The position numbers and the translations under genes were made by a program. Shown here piece after piece: positions 15,687 through 29,885 of a stretch of 64,000 bases of DNA; position 1 is the stretch's first letter; the number at the start of each line of letters is the position of its first letter. The notes under the pieces were generated by a model. It was not told the origin of the DNA and did no database searches. It saw only the letters and a list, made by a program, of their open reading frames with translations. Source of the stretch: the human T2T-CHM13v2.0 reference genome, Homo sapiens. Where the stretch lies: assembly GCF_009914755.1 (NCBI RefSeq), contig NC_060931.1; one strand, given 5' to 3'.

Positions 15687-16006
15687 TTTATTATTATTAT
15701 TATTATTATTTTTTTTTTTTTTTTGAGGTGGAGTCTCACTCTCTTGCCCAGGCCGGAGTGCAGTGGTGCATTCTCGGCTCACTGAAATCTCTGCCTCCCA
15801 GGTTCAAGCAATTCTCCTTCCTCAGCCTCCTGAGTAGCTAGGATTATAGGTGTGCACCATCACACCTGGCTAATTTTTTGTATTTTTAGTAGGGGCTGGG
15901 TTTTACCATGTTGGCCAGGCTAGTCTCGAACTCCCGACCTCAGGTGATCTGCCCACCTTAGCCTCCCAAAGTGCTAGGATTATAGGTGTGAGCCACTGTG
16001 CCTGGC
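15687..16006 (-). mobile_element. AluS element with (TTA)n tail
   Basis: Full body; TSD ctttgctgctgttt/ctttgctactgttt. Confidence 0.92.
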
Positions 16007-17735
16007 CCTTTGCTACTGTTTTAAATGGTGGCTCGTCTCCAGCACATTGGTGTGATAGGTGTCTTCCTTGTCTCTTACAAATCGCTTTCTTTCTCTTCTC
16101 CCTAAAAATTCCCATACTTTCGGATTATTCCATCTGTTATTATTTCTTGTACTCATTTATAGACCCTAGGATTGTCCCTAGCTGTAGATCCTTTTTCTAG
16201 CTGTAGATCCTACAATGCGTATTTGCTAATAGTAATTTATTTTCCGAGTTTTGGCAAGCATCATTGTCACAGCCTGGCTTCTATGTGGTTTACAATAGTG
16301 AGGATATGTTTCTAGAGCAGTTTTTCTGAGACACTAGTAAATATGGAAGATGACAAATGCATTAATCAGGCTCCTGCCATACGGCCCTGATTTTTAAAAA
16401 ATGCATGAATTTTAAATGGTTTGTATAGTTGAAAGGAGAACTTAACACATGTGTCTGACAAGCTGATCAAATGATAAAGTGAAGGAAAATTGAGCCTCAA
16501 CCTTTTGGGCAGCCAGTGAAAGTAAAGGCACATTGCAGTTTTCCGAGGCAGATGGAATGTGAACAACTAATAAATCAGGTTTTGAAACATTGAAGAACAA
16601 CTTATTTCAATGCATATGGTGTTGGATCTCAGACAAGATAGTATTGGAAATAAAAATAGATTCGGCAGCATCAAAAGGACATTGTACCTAAGCATTATCT
16701 GCATAACAATATTTAAATGCATTTCCCAGCATCAAGCTCCAATATGTAGTAAATAAATAATTATAGGGCAACAAAAAGAGCCTTCAAGATCTCTACAGAG
16801 TTGTACATAAAAGAGATCAGAGTGAATTGGCACTATCACAAGCATTCTGTGATCATTCTAATTTCTCCATCTCTCTCGTGCTTTAAGAAGATCAGAAGAC
16901 TGTAAATCGATTTATAGACTTCTCATAAGAAATACTAAAAGTAGAAGTGCGGGTTATTATAATGGAGAAATTTGCATTAGTGCCTGCTATATGCTATGTG
17001 ATATAAAATGGACCATTGCATAAAACTACATACCCCTTAAGTATAAAAACAGATTTCAGAAAAGCAAAGAAGCACGGCTCTGAAATTTGAATTTCATCTT
17101 CACCAAGTGAAGGGGTAGTGGGGGGAGCAAGCCAAAATTGCTATCAGTAAGTCATTTTTAAGTCATCCTTTATTGACTTTTTCAGTTGTAAATAGAGTTA
17201 GAAAATTTTCTTTTGAAATTTTGTTTTGAAATCCGGCATTTGTTAGTAGAATATACTTCAACTCAAAGTTGTTCAGAATTTCATAATAGAATTTTCCTGG
17301 GGGTTTATTGTTAAGCTAGATTCTGGGATATTGGTTTAATATAGAACAATTTAATCTGAGTTTGGGACTTATTTTTTGTTAGGTAAATCGAAAACAGCAA
17401 TGGAAATACATTTTCCCTTGAAAAAACAGGATGAGGAGTAAAGTGAATATTTTCTCTTATATTCCTTTAAGATATTTAGGTTAACAGTTTGTTTGATTAC
17501 CCCATTTGAGTTTGTGGTAATTTCTTTCTGCCTTCTCAGAATAGATCTATATTTGTTATGATCATCAACTACTGAACACTATTAGAGATTTAGGCGTTAT
17601 ACTGAAATAGGATTAAAAAAAGAATGTGGTATTCAAACTTGCTGCAACAGTGTTTAGGAGTACATTGTACTAAAGACCCTAGTGGATGTGGGGAAAATTA
17701 ATAAATGGTTGTTATCTGAAGTAAATATGCTGTAT

Positions 17736-18038
17736 TTCTTTTTTTTTTTTTTTTTTTTTTTTGGAGATGGAATCTTGCTCTGTTGCCAGGCAAGAGTGCA
17801 GTGGCAATCTTGGCTTACTGCAGCCTCTTACTCCCTGGTTCAAGCGATTCTCCTGCCCCAGCTCCCGAGTAGCTGGGATTACAGGCACGTGCCACCACGC
17901 CCAGCTAATTTTTCTATTTTTAGTAGAGACAGGGTTTTACCATGTTGGCCAGGATGGTCTCGATCTCCTGACCTCATGATCTGCCTGCCTCGGCCTCTCA
18001 AACTGCTGGGATTACAGGCATGAGCCATCACCCCCAAC
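17736..18038 (-). mobile_element. AluSc-like element
   Basis: Poly-T, ctgttgccagg, caggatggtctcgatctcctgacctcatgatc. Confidence 0.9.
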
Positions 18039-18911
18039 CTTAACCGGTGTATTTCTGGTAGTTTTATTTACTTATTTTGGAAGAATTTCAAATAAACACA
18101 AAATTTGGGAAAATAGTATAAATATAACTTATATGTTCATTTCTCACATTTAAGTGTCATATTGTTATCAAGATTTTACCATATTGGGTTCATCTATTTT
18201 ATTTTATTTCTTTTCTTTTTGGAGGTATTTTAAAGCAACTTCCAGTCATTTTGTCATTTTACCCCTGCTTGCCTGAATTCACATCTTTAAAACCTAAGAG
18301 CACCTTCTTAGATAGCCACAAATCCATCAATTGGGATATCTGAGTGTGGGGAACTGTAATTATACATTTTGCCTCCATTTAGGGTTTACTGATTTAAAGG
18401 AGGTAATAAAAAAGGAATAATTTTTGTTGTGTGGAATCCAGTATGACAGTACAGAACTTCTTCCTATTATTTTATGTGTGGACTGTTTCCATACTTAAAT
18501 TGAACTTGTAGCTGTTCCAGGTCTTGATTCAGATGTTTATGCCAAATGAGTTTTTGGCTATTGTGAATATAGCATATTCCAATTACATGTATATTGTGAC
18601 TGCAGTGAGTTGGAAAATAATTTTCTGATATTACTAATTCATAATAGCTATGTGGCAATTGCCCTCTTCTCTCGATTGTGTGATAAGCACAGGGAATACG
18701 TAGAAGTCAGCTGAGAAGAAACATTAAAGGAGGAATATTTTCCATCAACTGCAACTCTCATATTGACACATAAGTAAACATTTATATGTGTAAAGCATAG
18801 TTATAACTAAACTGGGAAAAATCTGTATTTAAACATCATTGCCTTACATGTGATTTTATCCTGGGGATGGGGGAGTGATAAAATTATAAGAATCATGAGA
18901 ATAGTGATAGA

Positions 18912-19121
18912 CACGGTGGGCCAGGTGGGGTCGAGCTGACTCGCTGGAGCCAATGGTGCACATCTCTTCCCACTGAACATTCTGCTTTCAGTGACATCAT
19001 GTTGGTAGCTTAGAATTGGCCACGATGGGTGTAGTTACACAACAGAAATCAGCAAATGCTACAACAGGACTCTAGCCTCTCTCACAGAGCTGGTTATTAA
19101 ACATTGACCAAGACATCAGTA
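18912..19121. mobile_element. MER63-type hAT (Blackjack) MITE
   Basis: gcacatctcttccca...cagtgacatcatgttggtagcttagaattggcca...gcaaatgctaca...gagctggttattaaacatt matches the recalled MER63A consensus. Confidence 0.7.
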
Positions 19122-19992
19122 GTTATAGTCCATGAACAACTTTTTACCCATAGGATGAGAGGCTCAAATGCTGCTTTATTGTTCTGTAATCTTAGTCTTC
19201 TAAAACACTATTCTTATTGTTTCATAATCACCTGTTCCTTAATGTGTGCAATATTCCTTTTTGTTCTTGATAGACATAACTAGATGTAATTAAACTTGTT
19301 ATAAATTTAATTTCCTTTCCATGATCCTCCATGACTGGGACAGAGAATTCTTTAGGGAAGTTGACACCTGCTGCAGAAGCCTTGGTAATGGTTCCTGACT
19401 TAATATTTATGGATGTAATCCCAGGGTATTTTGATGAATTCCCAGAATCTCACTGTTGGAATTGATTCTTAACATTCTAATCAATGCTTTAAATCTCCTT
19501 TATGAGACCACAACAAGTGGACTTTCAGCTTTTCTTAGGAAAAACAAACAAAAGACTGAAGTTTCAGGGAAGAAACTGTCTCATAAGAAAGTCATTACTT
19601 TTTCATGCCCTTCTTAGTAAGTTTTTGCTTTTATAAAGTCAGATCTGCCTTCTTGAAAGTTCCAACCTGTTTATTTTAATACTGTCTTCTAGGACCACAG
19701 AATATAATTTTAACTCCTTTTTCATCATGTAGCTTTTCACATGTCACAAGATACTAATCATATTCCTCCCCACACCTCCATTTCTCTCACCTAAACATTC
19801 CCCATTTCTTCCACTTTTTTTTATATTCTTGAATAGAGCTCTAAATCTTAAACCTGCTTTCCTCTGAGGATTCAACTCTTGTGATTGCCTCACAGCAGGG
19901 ATTAGCAAAACACACAAGTGTTTCCATGTTACAGTAACTAGCATTTATAATGTCCTTTATAAAAATTTTACTAAGAACTTAACACCAATATA

Positions 19993-20293
19993 TTTGTTCT
20001 TTTTTACTTTTTTTTTTTTTTTAAGACAGGATCTCACTCTGTCACCCAGGTTGCCGTGCAGTGACGTGATTAGGGCTCACTGCAGCTGTGATCTCCTGGG
20101 CTCAAGTAGTCCTCCCACCTCAGCCTCCCAAGGAGCTGGGATCACAGGCATGCACCACGATTCCTGGCTGTTTTCTCTATTTTTTTTTTTTTTTTGTAGA
20201 GATGGAGTTTCACCTGAACTCCCGGGCTCAAATGATCTGCCTGCCTCAGCCTCCCAAAGGCTGGGATTACAGGCATGAGCCCTCATGCCTGGC
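19993..20293 (-). mobile_element. AluJ-like element with an internal deletion
   Basis: Alu body; lacks the catgttgcccaggctggtct segment near 20213. Confidence 0.88.
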
Positions 20294-20619
20294 CTTTATT
20301 TGTTCATTTAATGAGAGAATTGTGAGAGAGATTATAGACTGGTAATTGTTAGATTGTTACTCCCCAAGAAAATAAGCCAGTGAAATAGGAATGAGAAGTG
20401 TGATGGGCTTTGGTGTAGTGGCAGAGGTTTTGTCACTTTAGCGTGGTTGATGATGGTCTCAGAAGGTATAGACCTTGTGTGCTGCTTGGCAGGGAGAATA
20501 GGAGACATTTCAGATAACTTTGCTTTGGAGCAGATAGGAAAAGCATTTTGAAGCTAGACTTTATATCAGGGTAAAAATTAAGGAAAAGATAGTGTCAGAG
20601 GTTACTCTGAGTTTTTAAA

Positions 20620-22130
20620 GACATGATCTTCTGACATTTTCATTGTGTCACTCGCCTGCTCTAAATCTTTAATAGCTTTTCATTGTACTTCGGATAAAAA
20701 ATGTCTTTTCCTTCATAGGACCTACCACACCCTGTTGATCTGGTCTGCCTACCTCCCTTCTTCATTTATTCTCCTTCATCCCTAGTCTTCTACACTCAAC
20801 TTTTTTCACTGCCTTGAATGTGTCACTGCCTTCACACATGCTCTTCCTCTGCCCAGAACACACCTTCCTCTATTCTTTACAGACTAACTCCTACCCATTC
20901 TTCAGGTCTCTGTGTGTCATTTCCATGAAATGAAGCCTGAAAGGGGTTTCCCTGGCCTTGATGTAAATTAGCCCCTAATAGATATTTTAGAGATTATTGT
21001 TAAATACTACAGAGATATTAGGGTCTCTCCTGCCATTCTCTTCTAATCTTTCATAACACAGAAGACAATTTGTAATTACATATTTATTTGCACTATTGCT
21101 GAATATCATTTACTACATGAAAATAATCTCATTTACAATATGGTCAACTCCATGAGGGCAGGGACCATGTCACACCTACCATAGTGCCTGGTATGCAGCA
21201 AGCTGTTTAATAACAACTATTGAAGGGTGAATGTTTGGTGCTTCCCTACAGTGTTTGTAATCTTTAGTATTCATGTTCTTAAGAATATTTAATGACATGG
21301 GAAAACACTTAGGATATATTATTAGGAGGAAAAAGCTGACTCAGACATTTATATATATATGGTTTCAATTTTTATGTGAGTTGTGAGCTTGTGCAAATGT
21401 TTCCTTTTAGTGGGCATTTAGTGAGCATTCCCTGGTAATCTCTCTCACAATCATATCTTCATGGGCAGATTTCTGGAACTTACTCTTACTTGCTGGTATA
21501 TAGAAGTATACATTTTCTGCTGACTAGATTTAATATTTAAATGATCTTATTTATATTGGATTTTACTCTCTTTATATGCCAAGGAAGGGCTTACTGAGAA
21601 GGAGGTAGTTGCGTAAAGACCTGAGAAGGTAGGGAAGTGAGGTCTGCAGTTCTGGGGAAAGAGTGTTGACAGCAGAGGGAACAAGATGAACACAGGTCTT
21701 ACAGGTCATTTTAAGGAGTTTGGCTTTTACTTCAAATGAGATGTGAAGCCTTTGGAGCATTCTGGAGAGAAGAGTAACTGGATTAGGCATGTATTTTAAC
21801 AGTATCACTCTGGCATGTATGACAGTCCACCTACAGGGGACAAGGATGGCTGAAGAGAGACCAATTAGGAGGCCAGTAATGCAGGAGGCAGATGGTGGTG
21901 GCTTGGAAGGTAGTAGCAGTGAGGGTGGTGAGAGGTACTGGGATTCTTTATGTTTTGATGACAAAATGGAAAGGATTTACTGAGGGATTGGATGAGAGGT
22001 AGACAAAATACAAGAGTGAAGATGACTCCAAAGTTTTAGACATGAACAACTAAAGGTGGTTGTTCTTACCATTACCAGGACCTTGTACTGTACCTGTACA
22101 TGGTTGGTACTTCATAAATACTTTTTGGAT
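20620..22130. mobile_element. L2 fragments (about 20620-21230 on +, about 21575-22070 on -)
   Basis: tgtcaactccatgagggcagggaccatgtc-like 3' motif near 21145; taaggagtttggcttttact...gagagaccaattaggaggcc. Confidence 0.65.
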
Positions 22131-22133
22131 GTG

Positions 22134-24764
22134 TAGTTGGCCCAGAACAACATGGGTTTGAACTGTGTAGGTCCATTTATGTGTGGATTTTAAAAAATAA
22201 ATATATTGAACAAATGTTTGGAGATTACCTGTAGTTTGAAAAAACTCAAGAGACAAAGTGTGTAGTCTAGAAATATCAGAAAAATTAAAAAAAGATATGT
22301 CATGAATGCACAAACTATATATTGATATTAGTCTATTTTTATCATTTATTAGAAAATATATGACTCTATTATAAAATTTAAAATATATCAGAACTTTTAC
22401 ACAAATGCAGACCATATATGGTGCCATTCACAGTAGAAAGAAATGTAAAGAAACATGAAGATGCAGTGTTAAATCATAACTGCATAAAATTAACTACAGT
22501 GCATACTGTACTATTGCAGCAATTTCGTAGTCACCTCCTGTTGCTGATACCGTGAGCTCAAGCGTTGCGAGTGTTTGCTTAAACTGCTGTGTGATACTAA
22601 TCATCTCCCTGTGAGCAGTCCATCTCTCCAGTAAATTTCATACGGCAGTGAGAAGTGATCTTTGGCAGTTCTCATGTATTTTCCATCGTGTTTAGTGCAA
22701 TACTGTAAGCTTTGAATAACTCCATGGAACCCATACAAAGCACCGTTAGTCACAGTGGAAGTGCTCCCAAGAAGCAGGGGAAAGTCATGACATTACAAAA
22801 AAAAAAAAGATGCTGAATTGCTTGATAGGTACTATACATTGAGGTCTGCAGCTGTGGTTTCTTGCCATATCAAGATAAATGAATTCAGTGTAAGGGCCAT
22901 TGTAAAAGAAAAGGAAATTTGTGGAGCTGTCACTGAAGCTGCATCAGTAGGCATGAAAACCTTGTTCTTTTCACGAAATACCTTTTTATCTGGTATTGAA
23001 AAGGCAGCTTTTATGTGGGTGTAGGACTACTATAAGAAAGGCATACCTATAGACTCTAATATGATTCCAGATATAGGGAAGTCATTATATGGTAACTTAA
23101 GGCAAAAGGAAGGTGAAGGATGTAAAGCTGGAGAATTTAATGCAAATTAAAAGGATGCAAAGGGTGGTTTGATAATTTTAGAAAGAAGTTTGGCCTAAAA
23201 AATGTCAAGTTAATAGGAGAAGCAGCTTCTGCCAACCAAGAGACAGCAGATGAGTTCCCAAACATCATTAAGAAACCCATTGAGGAAAAAGGATGTCGGC
23301 CTGAACAGGTTTTTAATGCAGATGAAAGTGCCCTACACTGGGGGAAAAAATGCCACAAAGGATGTTTATTAGGAGGAGAAGCAAACACCAGGATTTAAGG
23401 CAGGAAGAGATAGGCTAACTCTACTCTTTTGTGCAAATGCAGTGAGATTTATGATTGGGACTGCCCTTATCTGTAAGTCTGGAAGGGAAAAGATGAACAG
23501 CAGTTGCCAGTCTTTTGTTTGTACAGTAAGAAGTCTTGAATAACAAGAACCTTTTTCTGGGGTGGTTCCATTGATGCTTTGTCCCTGAAGTCAGGAATCA
23601 GTAAGGGACTGCCTTTTAATTGTGCAATACTCCTGGCCACTCAGAACTCCGTAAGTTCAACACTGAAGGAGAAATATTCTACTTGCCCCCAAACAGAATG
23701 TCTCTAATCAGGGAATCATAAAGACCTTTAAGGCTCATTGCACATGGTACTCTATGAAAAGGATCGTCAGCATTATGTAAGAGAATCCTGACAGGGAGAA
23801 CATCATGAAAGTCTGAAAGGATTACACCATTGAAGATGCATTGTTATAGAAAATGCCATGAAAACCACCAAACCCAAAGTGAATTCTTGTTGGAGAAAAC
23901 TGTGTTCAGATATTGTGCATGGCTTTTGAGGATTTACAAGAGAGCCGATCAAACAAGTCATGAAAGAATTGTACATATGGCAAAAAAAAAAAAAAAAAAA
24001 AAAAAGATGGTGGTTGTGAAGGGTTTCAAGATAGAGATCTTGGAGAAATTCAAGGGCTAGCAGACAACATACCAGAGGAATTAACAAAAGACAACTTGAT
24101 GGTGTTGAGTCCTTTCAAAACAGTGCCAGATGATGAGGAAGAAGATCTAGAAGAAGCACTGCCAGAAAACAAATTGACATTAGATAATCTGGCAGAAGGG
24201 TTCAGATTATCCAAGACTGCATTTGACTTCTTTTATGACATGGACCCTTCTATGATATCGTCACTGAAACTAAAGCAAACAGTTGTAAAAGGATTGGTAC
24301 CATGTAGAAACATTGTTAGAGAAATGAAAAAGCATCTGTAAAGTTGCACTGAGTATGCCTGACTCTCCGGCCTCCCCTTCTACTTTCCCCACCTCCTCCA
24401 CTTCTTCTGTCTCTTCCACTCCTGAGACAGCAAGACCAACCCCTCCTCTTCTCCCTCCTCCTCCTCCCCCCTCATCTACTCAAAATGAAGAAAACGAGGG
24501 TGATTTATTTTTATAACGATTGACTTTTAGTGAATAGTAAAATTGTCTCTTCCTTATGATTTCCTTATCTGTAGCTTTATTATAACAATACAGTATAACA
24601 CACATACAAAATATGTGTTTATTTTTCTGTTTATGTTATCAGTAAGGCTGCTGGTCAACAGTAGGCTATTAACAGTTAAGTTTTTAGGAAGTGAAAAGTT
24701 ACATAGAGATTTTTGACTGGAATGGGAGAAGCAACCCTATCCTGCTTTGTTCAAGGATTAGCTA
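22134..24764 (+). mobile_element. Near-full-length Tigger2 DNA transposon (TcMar-pogo/Tigger), about 2.6 kb
   Basis: Left TIR tagttggcccagaacaacatgggtttgaactg; right TIR tgttcaaggattagcta followed by TA; internal transposase remnant. Confidence 0.9.
22724..24341 (+). pseudogene. Disrupted Tigger2 transposase (CENP-B-like HTH plus DDE domain)
   Basis: Fragments in shifting frames: SAPKKQGKVMTL, IEKAAFMWV*, GWFDNFRKKFGLKNVKLIGEAASA, EQVFNADESALHW, EEALPENKLTLDNLAEGF; multiple stops and frameshifts. Confidence 0.88.
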
Positions 24765-26429
24765 TATTTGAATTTAATCTGTCTGCAGTCTTTTTGTTTT
24801 AATTTCTGCGTTCTCTATTGGTGGAGTGGTGCTTGGCGATTGAGATAAAAAGTGTTTATGCTGAAGTTGTGCTCCATGGACCATTAGTTTTTAGGCTTAA
24901 GTTGCTTTGTCTAGTATTATCAGAGCCTTTTCGTTGGTAACCTCTACCTGTCTCTGTTCTCTCCTCAGCTAAATCGACAAGTACATTTTAATAAAAGCTT
25001 TATCTGTATTTCAGACTTTTGAAAAACAACATTTAAAAAGCAGAATCACCAATCTTTAAAGAAATACAAAGAAAAAGTGTTTTTCCAGGAAGAGATTGTA
25101 GCAGTAATTTTATGTGATGTGTTTAGAAACTGTTGATAAGTAGCTTCTTTGTTCTGTGATTGAGTCACTGTTTTTGATCAGTCAAACGTAGTATGTATTG
25201 AATACCAATATTAGGAGTTCTGTATTATGTGTTACCATTGCCAGTCTGTTTACCTATCTTATTAATATTGGCCTATTTTGTAGAGGAACAGTGTCCTGTT
25301 TTCTCTACCAAACAATGGTAACTTATGTTTGTCCCTGGATTTTATTATGCATATATAAGTTGGTTTCCAAACTCAAGAACAATCATTTTGTCTTGTTGGA
25401 AGGCTTTTTTATTCCTTTGGTTTATCTTGTAATAGCTTTGCTTGTAATTTTGTGTGTGCTCTTTTTTATACCCTTTTTATACATCATAATGTGAACTTCA
25501 TGAGGTCATGGATTATGGCTGTTGCTTATGTTTATTTCACCATGAACCCACTGCTAGTCACAAAGATGCTGATTATAGATTACTAAGTATGGGTTATTGA
25601 ATGAAATGAAATAATTGTGTTTCCCTATTAAAGCAATTCTGAAGGAAATATATTTTTGAAAACCATTGATTATAGTGATTTGCTTAAAGTTCAGATACTT
25701 GTTTTGAGGTAAATAATTGAGAAAATTTTTAGACTAAAATTGCACAGACCTGTCATGAATTTTGCCCATTTTTTTCCTTTGCATTGGGTAATTTTTGTGA
25801 CAATGATGGCAGGATCTAAGATGCTTCTTAGAAAACAAAGAGAGTATCAAATAATCATAACTAGATCATGTAAAACTGTCAGCTGCAAATGATACCAGCT
25901 ATTTATTCCTAAAGCTTTACTAATATAGCAAAGCAAAACATACAGTTCATTCTCATTTAGAATCTGCTAGAATTATCATCGATATCAACGATTATAATTG
26001 GACTATCTACTTGAAAAAGGTGCTACTATGCCATTTTATGCAGTATCAGAAAAATGTAAATAAAACCATTGGACAGAATATATTGTAAAGGAAATTTTAT
26101 AATCTAAGAAATCAAAATTCATAGATTGGAGGCTTCTCATGAGCACATCTGGTTGCCTTATTTTATTGACAAGAAATAGAAGTCCCAGATAGGTTGATAG
26201 CTTACTTAACACCGTATACTTTATGTCAAAGTTAGACAGAGAACTTTGTTTTCCTAATATCTGATTTTGTTATTTATAAATTGCATTGTATTATATATCA
26301 TTATATTTCACTATATCAAGTTAACCGATAACATTTAAGGCAAAAGCTGTATTCTGCTCTATATTAATTATTTTTGGATTATTTATAGTGATTGCCTTAG
26401 TTAGGATTACAAGAAAATGGACTAAAACC

Positions 26430-27620
26430 ATAAAAACAGTAATAGTATATCTGAGTAGAATCCAAAGACACTTGCACTGGAAAAACTGAGTGGTGAGGTG
26501 AAGTTATTTGTAGACTGTTCCATAAAGAGAGGGTTGCGTGAAGACTTCTCTGTCCAGCATAACTAGTATTTTCATTGATCATTTCATGAAAAAACTAAAA
26601 ATACCAGATAAAACATTAAAAAATGTGTTAAATTGCTTTTATGAAAGATAGGATTCACATAAGCAAAATAACACAAACGAACTGCAGAGAGATATTAGAC
26701 AAAGTACTGCTAAAGCCAGTTTTCACCCTAAGGGTATTTACCAAACCCAAGTGAACTAGCATGGCACAGGAGAACAGGAACAAAGCCCAGGACCTGTGCA
26801 ACCTGGGGAGTCTGACAGAAGCATCCCCATCATCTACATAAAGCATATGGATCATCTAAAAATATCATCTCTTTCCCATAATACCCCACCTCCTATAAGA
26901 GACTAAAAGGAAGTTGGTCACCTTGACACAGGCTGAGGGGAGAAAAAAATCCCTAAAGAATTCTTAACTAGATATCTTGTCAAAATATACATCCTCTGGG
27001 TAGTGTGAGGAAAGTTTAAAGTGAGAATTGAGTTCAAAATGAGTTCCAGGTTGGTAGTGCCCTTAAGTGGACTAGCAGAACTGTTGCTAATGTTTGGGAT
27101 AGGACCTACTTTCAAACCGGGCCTTAAAGAATTGCTGTAGATAAAGATCTAAGGAATATGAGAGTATAAAACATGCAAACATACACACACATGATACACA
27201 GGATAAAGTTAATCAGGATTCAGTAGAGGTGAAAGGAGAAGAACCAGATCAGCAAAGACTTCCAATAATGTAATTATCAGACACATGATACAGGCTTATT
27301 TTTTAATATGATTTTAATTAATAAACTTTCACCTTAATGACTCCTGCCTTTTATACCTTTTTCTTGCTTTATTGCAGTGTTTATTTTTAATGGCTGCATA
27401 ATATTCTAGTTATATATATATATTTATGTGTGTGTACATCTGTATTTATGTTTATTTAATCTAGTTTCTGTTTTGCATTTTGAGAGCTTTTTTTTTTAAA
27501 GTTCAATATACCATTCTGTGAGGAACATCTTTGTTGCCAAATCTTAATCTCACCCATGCTATTATTTTTTAATGAGGTTGGGAGTAAATTCCTAGAACTG
27601 AAATTTTGAGATCAAATAGT
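26430..27620. mobile_element. Possible ancient L1M/HAL1 fragments
   Basis: A-rich L1-like segment, then an antisense L1ME-like motif (tttttaatggctgcataatattct; gtaaattcctagaactgaaatt). Confidence 0.4.
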
Positions 27621-29173
27621 ATTCAAAATGTTAATTAACACTTTGTGCATGTGCTTTATAACAATCAAGACTGAGCAAATGGAAAATGAAAATTTTGGGT
27701 TTACATGTAAGTGTGCTAGACAAATGTGGAGCAAATAAGATTGGAAAAATTCACTACTTTTTGCTTTGGTGGGTGGTCGACATTGAATTTACTGAATTCA
27801 GTGAAGGACGGAGGTCAGTACTTCAAACATAGAACACTTAACCTTTTTTCTATTGGTTGGTGTCATTATTTTGATTGTAGATATGTAGGAGTGCTGTATG
27901 TCCTTTTGTTATCAATATAGTACTCCATCAGAGCAAAAATTTAAAGTGTATTCTACCTTGGAGATCTGGGAAATAGTCTGAGTCTGGATAGACTATAAAA
28001 TGATGATTATTTTTGTCAATTATTTATTGAACATAGTAAATGTACAACAAGTAATATTATATATCATAATATGTAACATTCTCTGTGAAAACAGGAAAAA
28101 TGCCTCTAGCAATTGTAATTTTGAGTATTGATCTCGTCATGGCTCATATTTTGCTGGCTTGGAAGACTGATTTTGATTTTGTTAGAATATTACAAAAATT
28201 GCTTCCTAGAGTGTTTGGAAAGTTGACTGTTGCCAGTTAAGCCTAAACAGCAACTATAGGTTTGCTGGTAAAGTTATTTAAAGCCACCTGTGCCTCAGTA
28301 ATCCAGATGCTTCTAATGAGTCATGAAATAATGCTGTTTCTGTTTAGATGCCAGCTCTGATTATCTTTATCAGTAAGCTAAATGGCACCATGTTTTGCAA
28401 CCTGTATTTTGACTCTGATTTTGTATTTACAGAGCACTCGATCTCTCCGGCTTCTCTTAGTCATTTTGAGTTATGCTTGTTATGCCAATCCGTTCAAAAT
28501 AATTTCTTTCCAAATTTGGGAGTACTTAGATTTAAGCACACCTCTGTGCGTGAAGACAATGACAGCATTTAAACAACACTATTTCTTCTATATGAACTAG
28601 TACTAATCATTTCCAGTGGCCTAAGCTCTTTTGTGGACCCTTTCACAGACAAAACAAGATTGATAGGCTCAACATGTTTTCAGTTTGAGGTTTATTCACA
28701 TCAGAAATCTACTGCCCAACTGGCAAGCCGTCATCAGAGGATTCTCAGCTAGCCAACCATACGCTTTAGGTCAGCAATGAGATGGGCTCACCTGATTAGA
28801 GAACTTCATGGCATTCTGTTGTCCTTCATATCACTCTTGCTGTTACAGGAATTACAGAGCAAACAGTAAAGTCTTCTGCAATCTGAAACTTGAGTGAGAA
28901 GAGAAACCATATTGTCTGTTTTAATTGTGAGGGATAAAACAGAATAGACACTTAGTACAAAGAATGCAGATAGCACAGATACTTTCCTAGTTGGCCCAGT
29001 TCCCCAGTGCTTCTGCTGTAGCCATCATCTGTTATGTCTGGTAATGCCTTCTCAATGATTCTTTGACATACACAAGACCACCCCTACAAGAGCCAGGTGA
29101 GAGAGCCTAGAGAAGAAAATATTAATACTTTCTTTCTCTGCGTGCTGCCTACCTTCTCTGTCTCCCTGTTTTC

Positions 29174-29510
<337 letters not shown>

Positions 29511-29559
29511 CATTTTCTGTTAACCAACTAGTTACTTAAAAACAAAAAACCTAGCATTA

Positions 29560-29885
29560 GGGTCCAGCCTCTTTGAAAAGCAATCTGGCAGTTTCTGAAG
29601 ATGTTTAACACAGAGTTACCATATGACTTAGCAATTTCAGTTCTAGATATACTGAGGAGAATTGAAACATACATCCACACAAAACTTGTACCTGGATGTT
29701 TCTAGCAGCATTATTTAATCCAAACAGTAGAGATGCCCAAATGTTCATCTGCTGATAAATGGATAAATTAAATGTGGTGTATACATCCATTGGAATATTA
29801 TTCTTCCATAAAAGGAAATGAAGTACTGATTCCTGCTACACCACTGATGAACCTTGAAAACATTATGCTTAGTGAAAAAAGAATG
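29560..29885 (+). mobile_element. L1M(B/E) 3' fragment
   Basis: cacagagttaccatatgac...cccaaatgttcatc...aatggataaattaaatgtggt...gaaccttgaaaacattatgct. Confidence 0.85.

Noticed and set aside
16178-16211. 15-bp direct repeat ctagctgtagatcct x2 (similarly gaaagataattggcaa near 49932 and 50016)
   Set aside because: Ordinary local duplications with no further structure.
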